Shown here: positions 8,929 through 18,396 of the stretch, piece by piece | How positions within the stretch are numbered: the first letter of the stretch is position 1 | Layout: each line of letters begins with the position of its first letter | NCBI GenBank assembly: GCA_963578565.1 | Contig: CAUZCX010000002.1 | Coordinates: forward strand, 1 to 55,113 | Direction of reading: 5' to 3' | From: Anaerolineae bacterium | GTDB lineage: Bacteria > Chloroflexota > Anaerolineae > Anaerolineales > UBA11657 | Length of the DNA: 55,113 nucleotides | Translations under genes and position numbers: made by a program | The notes under the pieces: model-generated | Seen by the model: only the letters and a program-made list of their open reading frames with translations | What the model was told of the DNA's origin: nothing | Database searches by the model: none

Positions 8929-9982
8929 CCTACGGAGAGCCCGGGCTGCGTCCGGAGATCTAGATCTGCTCTGGGTTGGGTCGGTCGGTGGTATGGAAAC
9001 GGAAATGGTGAGAGAGGCTGGCATCGAACTGGAAACCATCTGGGCGGGCGGTGTGGTGGGTAAAGGCGTGAGCGGCGGTTTGCTTGGGATGATGAAGATC
9101 GCCGCGGGCGTCGGACAAGCGCTGACAATAATGGCTCGCTTCCGTCCCGAGGCGATTTTTGTAACTGGTGGCTACACGGCTGTGCCGGTCACTCTAGCGG
9201 GGTGGTTGCGACGAGTGCCGATGGCTGTGTATCTTCCGGATGTGCAGCCGGGCCTGGCAGTGCGTTGGGCGGCTAGGCTTTCGCGTCGGGTACTGGTTAC
9301 CATGGCCCAATCTAGAGAGTATTTCAGTGATAAGCATGTGACTGTCACTGGTTATCCACTACGCGAGGCAATCGTGCGAGCGACGCGCGAAAATCGGTGG
9401 GCAGCCCGGGAAAGATTTAATCTGGGCGCTGAGCGCTTTACTGTGCTGGTGTTCGGGGGAAGCCGCGGTGCGCACAGCATCAACCGCGCCGCGCTAGCGG
9501 CTGGCCCGTCTTGGATTGAAGCCGGAGCACAGGTCCTGCACGTTAGTGGGCAGTTTGATTGGAGCGAAGTGAAAGAGCTACAGGCACAGTTTGCGTTGGA
9601 GCACAGAGAACACTACCATATATTCCCATATCTGAACGAAGACATGGGGAGCGCCCTGCGGGCAGCGGATCTGGCGGTGGCGCGTGCCGGTGCCTCCTGT
9701 CTCGGCGAGTTCCCTGCCTTTGGGCTTCCGGCGCTGCTGGTTCCATACCCACATGCTTGGCGCTATCAGCGCTCAAACGCGGAGATATTGAGCGATTGTG
9801 GTGCGGCAGTGTGGATTGAAGACCGGGAATTGCAACATGTGCTCGGACCGACCGTGGGCGGGCTGATGCGTGACCGGGAACGACTGACCGCGATGAGTAG
9901 ACAGGCAACATCGCTGGCTGTGCCGGAGGCAGCTGACCGAGTAGCGGCGGAGTTGATCGCTATGGTAACAGGAGCGGCCTGA
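8837..9982 (+). CDS. murG: Undecaprenyldiphospho-muramoylpentapeptide beta-N-acetylglucosaminyltransferase MurG
   Basis: N-terminal ICAGGTGGHVYPALA loop. GT28 architecture. An alternative GTG start at 8861 (GGGAGA SD) is plausible. Either start overlaps the ftsW tail. Confidence 0.9.
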   Translation: MPGPIGRRVRILICAGGTGGHVYPALAAVDSLRRARAASGDLDLLWVGSVGGMETEMVREAGIELETIWAGGVVGKGVSGGLLGMMKIAAGVGQALTIMARFRPEAIFVTGGYTAVPVTLAGWLRRVPMAVYLPDVQPGLAVRWAARLSRRVLVTMAQSREYFSDKHVTVTGYPLREAIVRATRENRWAARERFNLGAERFTVLVFGGSRGAHSINRAALAAGPSWIEAGAQVLHVSGQFDWSEVKELQAQFALEHREHYHIFPYLNEDMGSALRAADLAVARAGASCLGEFPAFGLPALLVPYPHAWRYQRSNAEILSDCGAAVWIEDRELQHVLGPTVGGLMRDRERLTAMSRQATSLAVPEAADRVAAELIAMVTGAA

Positions 9983-10503
9983 TGATGTCACTCGCGGTTA
10001 TTTTCTGGATGTACCTGTTGCTTTTTGGCATAATTGGTGGGTTACGTGGTTGGGCCAAAGAGATTCTGGTGCTTTTCAGCATGGTGCTGGCGCTCTTTCT
10101 AGATGTAGTGATTATGCAGTATGTTCCCGGAGTAAAACCGGCTCTGGCTGCCCAGACCCCGCTGACGCAATTCTCGGTCCGTGCTACGTTCTTCCTATTG
10201 CTGGCTTTTTTCGGTTATGAGACCCCGTCAGTGGCCAAACTTTTTGCTGAGAAGGCGCGTCGGGAGCGGTTGGAGGACATGTTACTGGGACTGTTCCTCG
10301 GTGCAATCAATGGTTATTTGCTGGTGGGTACGCTCTGGCATTATCTACACGCCACAGGGTATCCGATTGCAGGCATACTTCCGCCGGAAGTGGATAGTGT
10401 GAAAGCAATGCTGAACTACATGCCGCCCGAATTGGTGGGTCCGCCTTACATTTATTTTGGGGTGGGTCTGGCATTTATGTTCGTGATCGTGGTGTTCATT
10501 TAG
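9982..10503 (+). CDS. CvpA-family small integral membrane protein
   Basis: 4-5 TM segments. N-terminal GGLRGWAKEILVLFSMVLALFL resembles the CvpA (colicin V production) family pattern. 1-nt overlap with the murG stop. Confidence 0.5.
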   Translation: MMSLAVIFWMYLLLFGIIGGLRGWAKEILVLFSMVLALFLDVVIMQYVPGVKPALAAQTPLTQFSVRATFFLLLAFFGYETPSVAKLFAEKARRERLEDMLLGLFLGAINGYLLVGTLWHYLHATGYPIAGILPPEVDSVKAMLNYMPPELVGPPYIYFGVGLAFMFVIVVFI

Positions 10504-10516
10504 AGGTGTAATAGAG

Positions 10517-12820
10517 GTGGAAACGAAGCAGCAGATTCACCTGATTGGGATTGGCGGTGCGGGTATGTCGGCTATAGCCACTGTGCTGCTGGAGAGTGGC
10601 CACAAGGTTAGTGGCTCTGACGAGCAGTCTACAGGGCTCACCGACAGGCTGCAGCAATCGGGGGCACGGGTGCACATCGGTCATCGGGAAGACAACATCG
10701 CGGGGGCTGATGTTGTGCTGGTGTCCTCGGCTATTCCGGATAGCAATCCGGAGATGCAGGCTGCCCGTGCGCAAGGCCTTACGGTTTTGAAACGACAGGA
10801 TCTGCTCGGAACACTGATGGCTGGCCGTGCCGGCTGCGCAGTGGCGGGCACGCATGGCAAAACCACCACCACTGCGCTGCTGGCGATGTGTCTGATGCGA
10901 GTCGGCTTAGATCCTACCTTCATCATCGGCGGTGTCATCAGGGAAATTGGCATCAGTGCGCACCACGGTGGCGGAGAGCCATTCGTGGTTGAGGCCGATG
11001 AATATGAGCGCATGTTTCTTGGGTTGCGCCCGAAGGTGGCCATCATCACGAACGTGGATTATGATCACCCCGATTGTTATTCAAATTTTGCCGAGATGAA
11101 AGCTGCCTTCAGGGAGTTTGCGATGCTTGTCCCGCTTGAGGGTCGCCTGATTGTCAATCAGGACGACGCGGGTGCGCGCGAGCTAGGAGCAGGGGCAAAA
11201 GAAGCCGGGGTCCCGGTGGTGACTTACGCGCTGCATCGAGAGGCTGACTGGCGGGCGGAAGAAGTACAGGCTGGGATGGATGGCGGATATTTCTTCACGC
11301 TGTGGAGGCCTGGCAGCCAGACGGCGCTGCAGGCGCAATTGGGGCTGTCGGGAGAGCACAATGTATCCAATGCGTTGGCTGTATTGGCCGCCGCCGACTT
11401 TTTCGGTGTAAGCGCAGTCGCCCTGCTACCGACGCTGCAAGAATTCACCGGAGTGAAACGCCGTTTCGAGCTGAAGGGTGAGTTTCGCGGCGTTACAGTG
11501 ATGGACGATTATGCCCATCACCCAACAGAGATTAGAGCCACTCTCAGCGTGGCACGGACGCGTTTCCAGCACCGGCGCTTGTGGGCTCTGTTTCAACCGC
11601 ACACGTTCAGTCGTACACGGGCGCTGCTGGCAGAGTTCGCTGCCAGCTTCGGAGACGCAGACCATGTGGTTCTAATGAATATATACCCCTCCCGCGAGGA
11701 CGATGACGGCACGGTTTCATCTGCGGACATTCTTGCATTGATGGAGCATGAACATTCTTATCTCGTGGGCACTCACGAGGAAGCGGCGCACTTTTTGAAT
11801 GCGCGCTTGCAGCCGGGTGATGTGCTCATAACTTTGGGGGCTGGCGATGGATACATAGTTGGTGAGCAGGTGCTTGAGATGTTCCGTGATGCAGGTTCTG
11901 TTGTAGAAGGTGATCCCGAGTCGCTGTTCGCGCATTTCGGAGGGCGGATGCGCAGGCAGGAACAGATTGCGCGCTACACCTCGGCGCGTATCGGTGGTCC
12001 AGCGGATTATTTCTTTCAGGCCGAGTCGGCTGATGAGCTCGCGGCGGTTGTGCAGGAGGGATGGCGTGCGGGTATGCCGGTGGTGGTGTTCGGGGCCGGG
12101 TCGAACGTGCTGGTGTCTGATCAGGGCATTCGTGGTTTGGTGGTGCACAACCAGGCGCGGAAAGTGGAATTTGTGGAAAATGGCACTGGTTTGCGCGTGC
12201 GTGTTGAATCGGGAACTACACTAGCTGCGCTTGCTCGCAAGTGTGTAGCGCGCGGCGCTGCTGGTCTGGAGTGGGCTATTTCTGTGCCGGGAACAGTGGG
12301 TGGGGCCGTGGTTGGCAATGCGGGTGCACATGGCGGCGATGTGTCCGGATCTATCTGTTTGGCTGACATCTTGCAACGCGGAAAGGGCATACAGGTCTGG
12401 GCGGTCGATGCGTTAAAACTGGATTATCGTACCAGCCGGATGAAAGCCGCATCTGGCGAGTTTGCAGTGCTGAACGCCGAGTTTGCTCTCACGCGCGCCA
12501 ATCCTGAGTTTCTTAAGCGAAAAGCAGCTCAGTTTAGCCAGAGACGACGGGAAACGCAGCCGCCCGGTGCCAGCACCGGTTCGATCTTTAAGAACCCGCC
12601 GGGAGACTACGCAGGTCGGTTATTGGAGGCGGCCGGATTGAAAGGGGTCCGCATCGGGCAGGCGGAGATCTCTCGCGTGCATGCGAATTTTTTCGTCAAT
12701 CTGGGTGGCGCTACGGCGGAGCAAGTGCGTGAGTTGATTGAGAGCGCGCGAGAGGCCGTGCGCGGGAAATTTGATGTGTCATTAGAACTAGAAATCCAGT
12801 TTTTGGGGGAGTGGATCTGA
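10517..12820 (+). CDS. murC/murB: Bifunctional MurC (UDP-MurNAc--L-Ala ligase) / MurB (UDP-N-acetylenolpyruvoylglucosamine reductase) fusion protein
   Basis: One uninterrupted 767-codon ORF. The N-terminal half has IGIGGAGMS and GTHGKTTTT. The C-terminal half (from about residue 470) is the MurB FAD-binding fold ([33 protein letters not shown]). Confidence 0.9.
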   Translation: METKQQIHLIGIGGAGMSAIATVLLESGHKVSGSDEQSTGLTDRLQQSGARVHIGHREDNIAGADVVLVSSAIPDSNPEMQAARAQGLTVLKRQDLLGTLMAGRAGCAVAGTHGKTTTTALLAMCLMRVGLDPTFIIGGVIREIGISAHHGGGEPFVVEADEYERMFLGLRPKVAIITNVDYDHPDCYSNFAEMKAAFREFAMLVPLEGRLIVNQDDAGARELGAGAKEAGVPVVTYALHREADWRAEEVQAGMDGGYFFTLWRPGSQTALQAQLGLSGEHNVSNALAVLAAADFFGVSAVALLPTLQEFTGVKRRFELKGEFRGVTVMDDYAHHPTEIRATLSVARTRFQHRRLWALFQPHTFSRTRALLAEFAASFGDADHVVLMNIYPSREDDDGTVSSADILALMEHEHSYLVGTHEEAAHFLNARLQPGDVLITLGAGDGYIVGEQVLEMFRDAGSVVEGDPESLFAHFGGRMRRQEQIARYTSARIGGPADYFFQAESADELAAVVQEGWRAGMPVVVFGAGSNVLVSDQGIRGLVVHNQARKVEFVENGTGLRVRVESGTTLAALARKCVARGAAGLEWAISVPGTVGGAVVGNAGAHGGDVSGSICLADILQRGKGIQVWAVDALKLDYRTSRMKAASGEFAVLNAEFALTRANPEFLKRKAAQFSQRRRETQPPGASTGSIFKNPPGDYAGRLLEAAGLKGVRIGQAEISRVHANFFVNLGGATAEQVRELIESAREAVRGKFDVSLELEIQFLGEWI

Positions 12821-12832
12821 ACAGGCGATTTC

Positions 12833-13975
12833 ATGGCGATTTCAATGAAAAAGATCCGCATAGGCATTCTGTTCGGCGGTCGTTCTGGGGAACACGAGGT
12901 TTCCCTCTTGTCAGCACGGTCGGTGTTGAAGGCAATTGACCGTGAAAAATATGAGGTTGCTATGATTGGCATCACCAAGCAGGGCCGTTGGATATGCGGC
13001 GATGACCCACTTCTGGCGCTGGAAAGCGGCGCGGAAGCTGCCCGAATGGCGCCTGCAGCTGTATTGCTCGTGGATCCGGTAAATCCTGTGGTCTCGATAA
13101 TGCGCGAGGACGAGGGCAAGCGAGAGGTGAGGCTATCCGAAGTCGGAAAATTGGATGTCATTTTTCCGGTGTTACACGGCACGTTTGGTGAAGACGGTAC
13201 CGTGCAGGGTCTTCTTGAGCTTGCCGGTATAGCCTACGTGGGAGCAGGGGTGGTGGGCTCCGCCGTCGGTATGGACAAAGGCATCTTCAAGGCGGTCATG
13301 CGCGCGGCGGGTCTGCCCGTGTTGCCGGCAGTGGTCTTCAACCGTAGCGAATATGAGCGTGATCCCGATGCGATCATCCGGCGCTCACTGCGGAAATTGC
13401 ACTTTCCATTGTTCGTTAAGCCGGTTAATCTTGGCTCCTCCGTGGGAGTTACAAAAGCAATTGATGCCGCCGGGCTGCGTTCTGGTCTCGATGAGGCGGC
13501 GCTCTGGGACCGGCGTTTGCTGGTGGAACAGGGCGTAGATGCTCGCGAGATTGAAGTCGGCGTACTGGGTAATGATGAACCACGTGCGTCGGTAGTCGGC
13601 GAGATTGTGCCTCAGCGCGGGTTTTATGATTATGAAGCCAAATACATCAGCGACGATTCCAAGCTGCTCATCCCCGCACCCATTACCGATTCGCAGCTGG
13701 AACAGGTTCAGGCGCTAGCGGTAGATGTGTTCAAAGCGGTAGATTGTGCTGGAATGGCCCGTGTTGATTTCCTTCTCGACAAATCCAGTGACGAGTTGTG
13801 GCTGAATGAACTCAACACCATTCCGGGTTTTACAAAGATCAGTATGTATCCAAAACTTTGGCAGGCGTCCGGGCTGGAATACCCTGAACTTATAGACAAG
13901 TTGATTGAGCTTGCGCTGGAACGTAAAGCGCAACGGGACAAGATGGAGCGTTCGTTCGAGGTGGTGGTACATTGA
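12833..13975 (+). CDS. ddl: D-alanine--D-alanine ligase
   Basis: ATP-grasp protein with FGGRSGEHEVSLLSA, HGTFGEDGTVQGLLE and LNELNTIPGFT. Confidence 0.92.
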   Translation: MAISMKKIRIGILFGGRSGEHEVSLLSARSVLKAIDREKYEVAMIGITKQGRWICGDDPLLALESGAEAARMAPAAVLLVDPVNPVVSIMREDEGKREVRLSEVGKLDVIFPVLHGTFGEDGTVQGLLELAGIAYVGAGVVGSAVGMDKGIFKAVMRAAGLPVLPAVVFNRSEYERDPDAIIRRSLRKLHFPLFVKPVNLGSSVGVTKAIDAAGLRSGLDEAALWDRRLLVEQGVDAREIEVGVLGNDEPRASVVGEIVPQRGFYDYEAKYISDDSKLLIPAPITDSQLEQVQALAVDVFKAVDCAGMARVDFLLDKSSDELWLNELNTIPGFTKISMYPKLWQASGLEYPELIDKLIELALERKAQRDKMERSFEVVVH

Positions 13976-14895
13976 ATGTTCTGTGGCGTCTATTGCAGCC
14001 TTTCTCGCAGCGCGTGGTGGGCGCACGGGCTCGGACAGTTGCTATGCCGGTTTCTCGCACACCGCGTGACCTGGATGTGGCCCGTACGCGCCGCAAGACT
14101 CTGGGTCGCCGCCGGGCGGCGCGCGTGCTCACCCGTAGGCGGAGCAGCGAGAGTAGGTCGTGGGGTTTGATGCAGAACCGGGAGTGGCCACAAATTTTTT
14201 CTTCCAGCGTGCGCGTTGGCTGGCGTCTGGGCAGTATGGGAGTGGTGTTGCTTTTTGGAGCGCTGCTGGGTTACGCCGTGACGGAGCCGAGTTTCTTCGT
14301 CCATTCAATCGAGCTGGTAGAGACCGATTTCATACCCGGAGATGAGATTTATCGAGCGGCAGAGGTGCATGGATTGAATATCTTCTGGGTGAACCCGGCC
14401 GAGGTGGCCGCGAATATACAGGCCGTGCCGGGTGTGCGTAAGGCGGCTGTCGAGGTTGACTGGCCTGCCACTGTTTATGTGGAGGTTGAAGAGAAGGAAC
14501 CGGTGCTGCTATGGCAGCAGGGCGGGGAACAGGTCTGGGTGGATGAGACCGGAAACACTTTCCCGGCGCGCGAGCCACTGGAATGGCTTCTGCCAGTTAC
14601 TGTAGATGATGCGGAAGTTTCGCTTCAGACGGGTGCGCGCATCCCCATGGATGTGATCACGGGTGCACGACAATTGAAGCAGCTGCGCCCGAACATCGAG
14701 TTGCTTCATTATGATATTGGCCACGGGCTCTCATATCATGATGGGCGGGACTGGCGCGGGTTTTTTGGAACGGGAAATAATATGGCAATGAAGTTGCTGG
14801 TGTACGAGACACTGGTAGAGGAACTGATGGCGCGCGGCATCTGGCCAAAGACTATCAGTGTGGTGGATCCAGGCACGCCGTTTCACCGGGAATAA
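13972..14895 (+). CDS. ftsQ: Cell division protein FtsQ (POTRA domain)
   Basis: Arg-rich N-terminal tail, one TM (MGVVLLFGALLGYAV), then a POTRA-like region IELVETDFIPGDEI...VRKAAVEVDWPATVYVEVEEKEP. Start is uncertain: TTG 13972 or ATG 14044. Confidence 0.75.
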   Translation: MNVLWRLLQPFSQRVVGARARTVAMPVSRTPRDLDVARTRRKTLGRRRAARVLTRRRSSESRSWGLMQNREWPQIFSSSVRVGWRLGSMGVVLLFGALLGYAVTEPSFFVHSIELVETDFIPGDEIYRAAEVHGLNIFWVNPAEVAANIQAVPGVRKAAVEVDWPATVYVEVEEKEPVLLWQQGGEQVWVDETGNTFPAREPLEWLLPVTVDDAEVSLQTGARIPMDVITGARQLKQLRPNIELLHYDIGHGLSYHDGRDWRGFFGTGNNMAMKLLVYETLVEELMARGIWPKTISVVDPGTPFHRE

Positions 14896-14941
14896 AAAGG
14901 ATGAGATCAGCAATTCTGTATAACGACAGAAAGGGTGCTCT

Positions 14942-16207
14942 ATGACTACTCCATTACTAACAAGCATTGATGTGGGAACTACCAAGGTGTGTGTCTTGAT
15001 CGCGGACATGGTGGACGACACGCACTATGAAGTTCTCGGAGTGGGCACTACCCCAGCACGGGGGATGCGCAAAGGGGTGGTGGTGAACGTTGAGGAGGCG
15101 AAAGCGACCATCCGCGAGGCAGTAGCGGCGGCTGAGCGGTCTGCAGGTTACGAAATAGGCACCGCTTTTGTGAGTATGGCCGGGGCGCATCTGTCCTCGG
15201 TCAATAGCCATGGCGTGGTCGGCGTTTCGGGAAACCACGCTATTGCTCAGGATGACATTGATCGGGCACTGGATGCCGCGCGCGCGATAGCCATTCCCCA
15301 CAACCGGGAAGTGTTGCATATTATCCCGCGCAATTTCGTGGTGGATGGGCAAGAAGGCATCCGCATGCCTCTGGGCATGCACGGTTTCCGGCTGGAGGTG
15401 GAGGCGCACCTTATCACCGCCGCCAGTACTACCGTGAAGAATCTGACCAAGTGCATCGAGGCTGCCGGTGTGATGGTGGAGCAGTTCGTGGTCAACCCAT
15501 TGGCTGCCTCCGAAGCCGTGCTCACCGATACCGAGCGCGATCTCGGTGTTGTTGCCTGCGATGTCGGTGGGGGCACCACAGATGTGGCCATATTCATTGA
15601 GGGCAATGTGTGGCACACAGCGGTGCTGCCGGTCGGTGGAAATCAATTCACCGCGGATGTTGCCCACGGTATGCGCTTACCCGTCGCAGCGGCCGAGGAA
15701 GTGAAAATAGAGCACGGGCACGCGTGTACCAAGGAAGTGGACGAGAGTGAGGTTTTCCGCGTCTGCCCATTCGGGCACGAGAACGCTATTGACGTCAGTC
15801 GGGTGGAACTGGCGAATATCATCGAGGCGCGGGCGGAGGAGATATTTGATTTGTTGCTGCAGGAAATAAAGCGTTCGGGTTATGACGGTCTGTTGCCAGC
15901 TGGTGTCGTACTAACGGGCGGTACTGCGCAGCTGGCCGGATTCAGGCAGCTAGCTACCGGATCGTTAGGATTGCCAGTGCGTGTATCTGAGCCGCGAGAT
16001 TTGCGCGGTCTGGTCGATCAGGTTAGAGGACCAGCCTTTTCGACCGTCGTGGGTTTGTTGAACTGGGCGGTGAGGGAGACTATGTTGGCCACCCGGGCGC
16101 CCCTTAACGGAGGGCATAGCGGAAATGGCCGCCACAGTTCCAATGGGTACTCGGGGACAGGCCTATGGGCAGTTATCGGTGATTGGGCAAAGCGCCTAGC
16201 GCCGTAA
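14942..16207 (+). CDS. ftsA: Cell division protein FtsA
   Basis: Actin-fold phosphate loops DVGTTKV and DVGGGTTD. C-terminal amphipathic tail [12 protein letters not shown]. Confidence 0.92.
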   Translation: MTTPLLTSIDVGTTKVCVLIADMVDDTHYEVLGVGTTPARGMRKGVVVNVEEAKATIREAVAAAERSAGYEIGTAFVSMAGAHLSSVNSHGVVGVSGNHAIAQDDIDRALDAARAIAIPHNREVLHIIPRNFVVDGQEGIRMPLGMHGFRLEVEAHLITAASTTVKNLTKCIEAAGVMVEQFVVNPLAASEAVLTDTERDLGVVACDVGGGTTDVAIFIEGNVWHTAVLPVGGNQFTADVAHGMRLPVAAAEEVKIEHGHACTKEVDESEVFRVCPFGHENAIDVSRVELANIIEARAEEIFDLLLQEIKRSGYDGLLPAGVVLTGGTAQLAGFRQLATGSLGLPVRVSEPRDLRGLVDQVRGPAFSTVVGLLNWAVRETMLATRAPLNGGHSGNGRHSSNGYSGTGLWAVIGDWAKRLAP

Positions 16208-16286
16208 TGCAGTAAAATCCGCCCCTGCAGGGTTTCTAAAGGCAGTTGTCAGCGTTGCTGACGAAAGGAAAAAAGGTGAAAGCGAA

Positions 16287-17618
16287 ATGGAAATGGAAGA
16301 TGCAACAAACGGGATGTCAGGGCAGGCAGCAGACAACATGACTAGTTTTGAAGCGCCAACAACTTCAGAACGTAAGCATGGCAGTGCCGCGAGTGATGGC
16401 TCGCATGGATCGGCGCAAACACAATCTAAATACCCGCAGGTCAGGAGGCCGTACAGTATGAAACCAACACCGCAGGTAGAAAGTTTCGCGAGTATCAAAG
16501 TTGTCGGAGTAGGCGGTTGCGGTACTAACGCCGTCAATCGCATGATTGGCGATGGTTTACATGGTGTTGAATTCATTGCCATCAACACCGATGCACAGGC
16601 GCTACTGCAATCTGAAGCGACATGCCGCGTGCGCATTGGCGACAAACTCACGCGCGGACTGGGAGCAGGAGGTGACCCTGAGAAAGGCGCGAAAGCTGCA
16701 GAGGAGTCGGCGGATGAACTCTATGATGTACTCAAAGGTGCGGACATGGTGTTCATCACCGCTGGAATGGGCGGTGGCACAGGAACTGGCGCAGCGCCGA
16801 TCATCTCGCAGATCGCTAGAGATGTGCGCGCACTGACTATCGGCGTTGTCACGCGTCCTTTCACGTTTGAGGGTGCGCGCCGTTCGCACCTCGCCGAGGA
16901 AGGAATTCACGAGCTCAAGGAAAAAACAGACACGCTTATTGTGATTCCGAATGACCGTCTACTTCAACTAGTGGACAAGGAAGCCGGGCTGCAGGATTCA
17001 TTTAAAGAGGCTGATGGCGTACTACATCAGGGGGTGCAAGGCATCTCAGAGTTGATCACGGTGCCTGGACTGATAAACTTAGACTTCGCCGATGTGAGAA
17101 CCATCATGGCAGAGGGAGGGGCGGCATTAATGGCCGTAGGCAGTGCGTCGGGAGAGGATCGTGCCCGTCTGGCAGCCGAGGAAGCCATCAATAGCCAGAT
17201 GCTTGATATCAGCATAGATGGTGCCCGCGGCATCCTCTTTAATATTACTGGCGGAAACGACTTAACCCTGTACGAGGTCAACCAGGCGGCGGCAATTGTG
17301 AAGGAGACAGCACATCCGGACGTTAACCTTATCTTCGGGGCCGTGATAGACCCGAATCTGGAAGATGAAATTCGCATGACGGTTATCGCGACTGGGTTCG
17401 AGCGCCGCACCGGCATGCGCCGACGGGCCATTGATTATCACGAGAAAATGTCGTTCCAGGCTGAGCAAAAAAATACTGAATCTACGCTTGAATACACTGC
17501 TGATGATATTGCGGAGAAGGCGGTCTCTGTGGAGGCATCCACAACTGAGGTCGATTTTATGGCGCGTTCGTTTGATCCTGGAGCCTTGGATATCCCGGCT
17601 TTTCTGCGCAGACGCTGA
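16287..17618 (+). CDS. ftsZ: Cell division GTPase FtsZ
   Basis: [10 protein letters not shown], tubulin signature [11 protein letters not shown]-terminal peptide [10 protein letters not shown]. An alternative start ATG 16458 behind a perfect AGGAGG would remove a 57-aa low-complexity N-terminus. Confidence 0.93.
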   Translation: MEMEDATNGMSGQAADNMTSFEAPTTSERKHGSAASDGSHGSAQTQSKYPQVRRPYSMKPTPQVESFASIKVVGVGGCGTNAVNRMIGDGLHGVEFIAINTDAQALLQSEATCRVRIGDKLTRGLGAGGDPEKGAKAAEESADELYDVLKGADMVFITAGMGGGTGTGAAPIISQIARDVRALTIGVVTRPFTFEGARRSHLAEEGIHELKEKTDTLIVIPNDRLLQLVDKEAGLQDSFKEADGVLHQGVQGISELITVPGLINLDFADVRTIMAEGGAALMAVGSASGEDRARLAAEEAINSQMLDISIDGARGILFNITGGNDLTLYEVNQAAAIVKETAHPDVNLIFGAVIDPNLEDEIRMTVIATGFERRTGMRRRAIDYHEKMSFQAEQKNTESTLEYTADDIAEKAVSVEASTTEVDFMARSFDPGALDIPAFLRRR

Positions 17619-17926
17619 TGCATGCGTGCGCTGAGATGGTGGGAAAAATCGCTCCCAATCGATTGAAGCATGCGTGTCTCTGCCCGGGACTTGCGCATAG
17701 TGGTTGGTATTTAATGATACTAAGTGTCAACCAGTTTGTAGTCTCAGTAAGTTTGAAATTTTAATGTTAAAACCTTGTGTGGCAGCCTTGTGAGAATTGA
17801 TATCTGCATGATACACTGCGTGTTCTCTACACCCAATATAGCGGCTAGTTTGACGTTGAATTCGCACATGTGGCGGATGTGGCAATGTTCCAGGGGTTGA
17901 TGAGGGGTTCTCTGTAGGAGGAGAGG

Positions 17927-18373
17927 ATGCACTGCCCGTTTTGTCAGTCAGAGCGTTCGCGCGTAATTGACACAGACCGTGATACACGGGGAGGGGTGCG
18001 GCGGCGGCGGGAGTGCGGTGAGTGCAACGAGCGTTACAGTACCTATGAACGTGCGATAAGGGCAACTCCGTTCTTGATAAAACAAGACGGGAGACGAGAG
18101 GAATTCGATCGGGAAAAACTTGAGCAAGGCATTCGCGTTGCGTGCGCCAAGCGACCGGTTGCCAGCGCGGACATCTCCCGGCTGGCGGGTGAAGTAGAAA
18201 GCAGGCTTCAGGATATCAGCAAGCTGGAGACATCTAGCCGCGTGGTGGGTGATATTGTGATAGATGGGCTGAAATCACTTGACCAGATAGCATATATTAG
18301 GTATGCGATTGTCTATCTTGGTCTGAGTGATTTGCATGCGGTCCGGGATGAAATCGACCGGTTACTGGCGTAA
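17927..18373 (+). CDS. nrdR: Transcriptional repressor NrdR
   Basis: N-terminal zinc ribbon (CPFC...CGEC) plus ATP-cone. AGGAGG SD. Confidence 0.92.
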   Translation: MHCPFCQSERSRVIDTDRDTRGGVRRRRECGECNERYSTYERAIRATPFLIKQDGRREEFDREKLEQGIRVACAKRPVASADISRLAGEVESRLQDISKLETSSRVVGDIVIDGLKSLDQIAYIRYAIVYLGLSDLHAVRDEIDRLLA

Positions 18374-18396
18374 CAAAATAAGGGAGCGTCGTGTAA

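Noticed and set aside
17829-17844. Candidate NrdR box ACACCCAATATAGCGG upstream of nrdR
   Set aside because: It matches only about 11 of 16 positions of the consensus as I remember it (acaCwAtATaTwGtgt), it is not palindromic, and no second box lies at helical-turn spacing.
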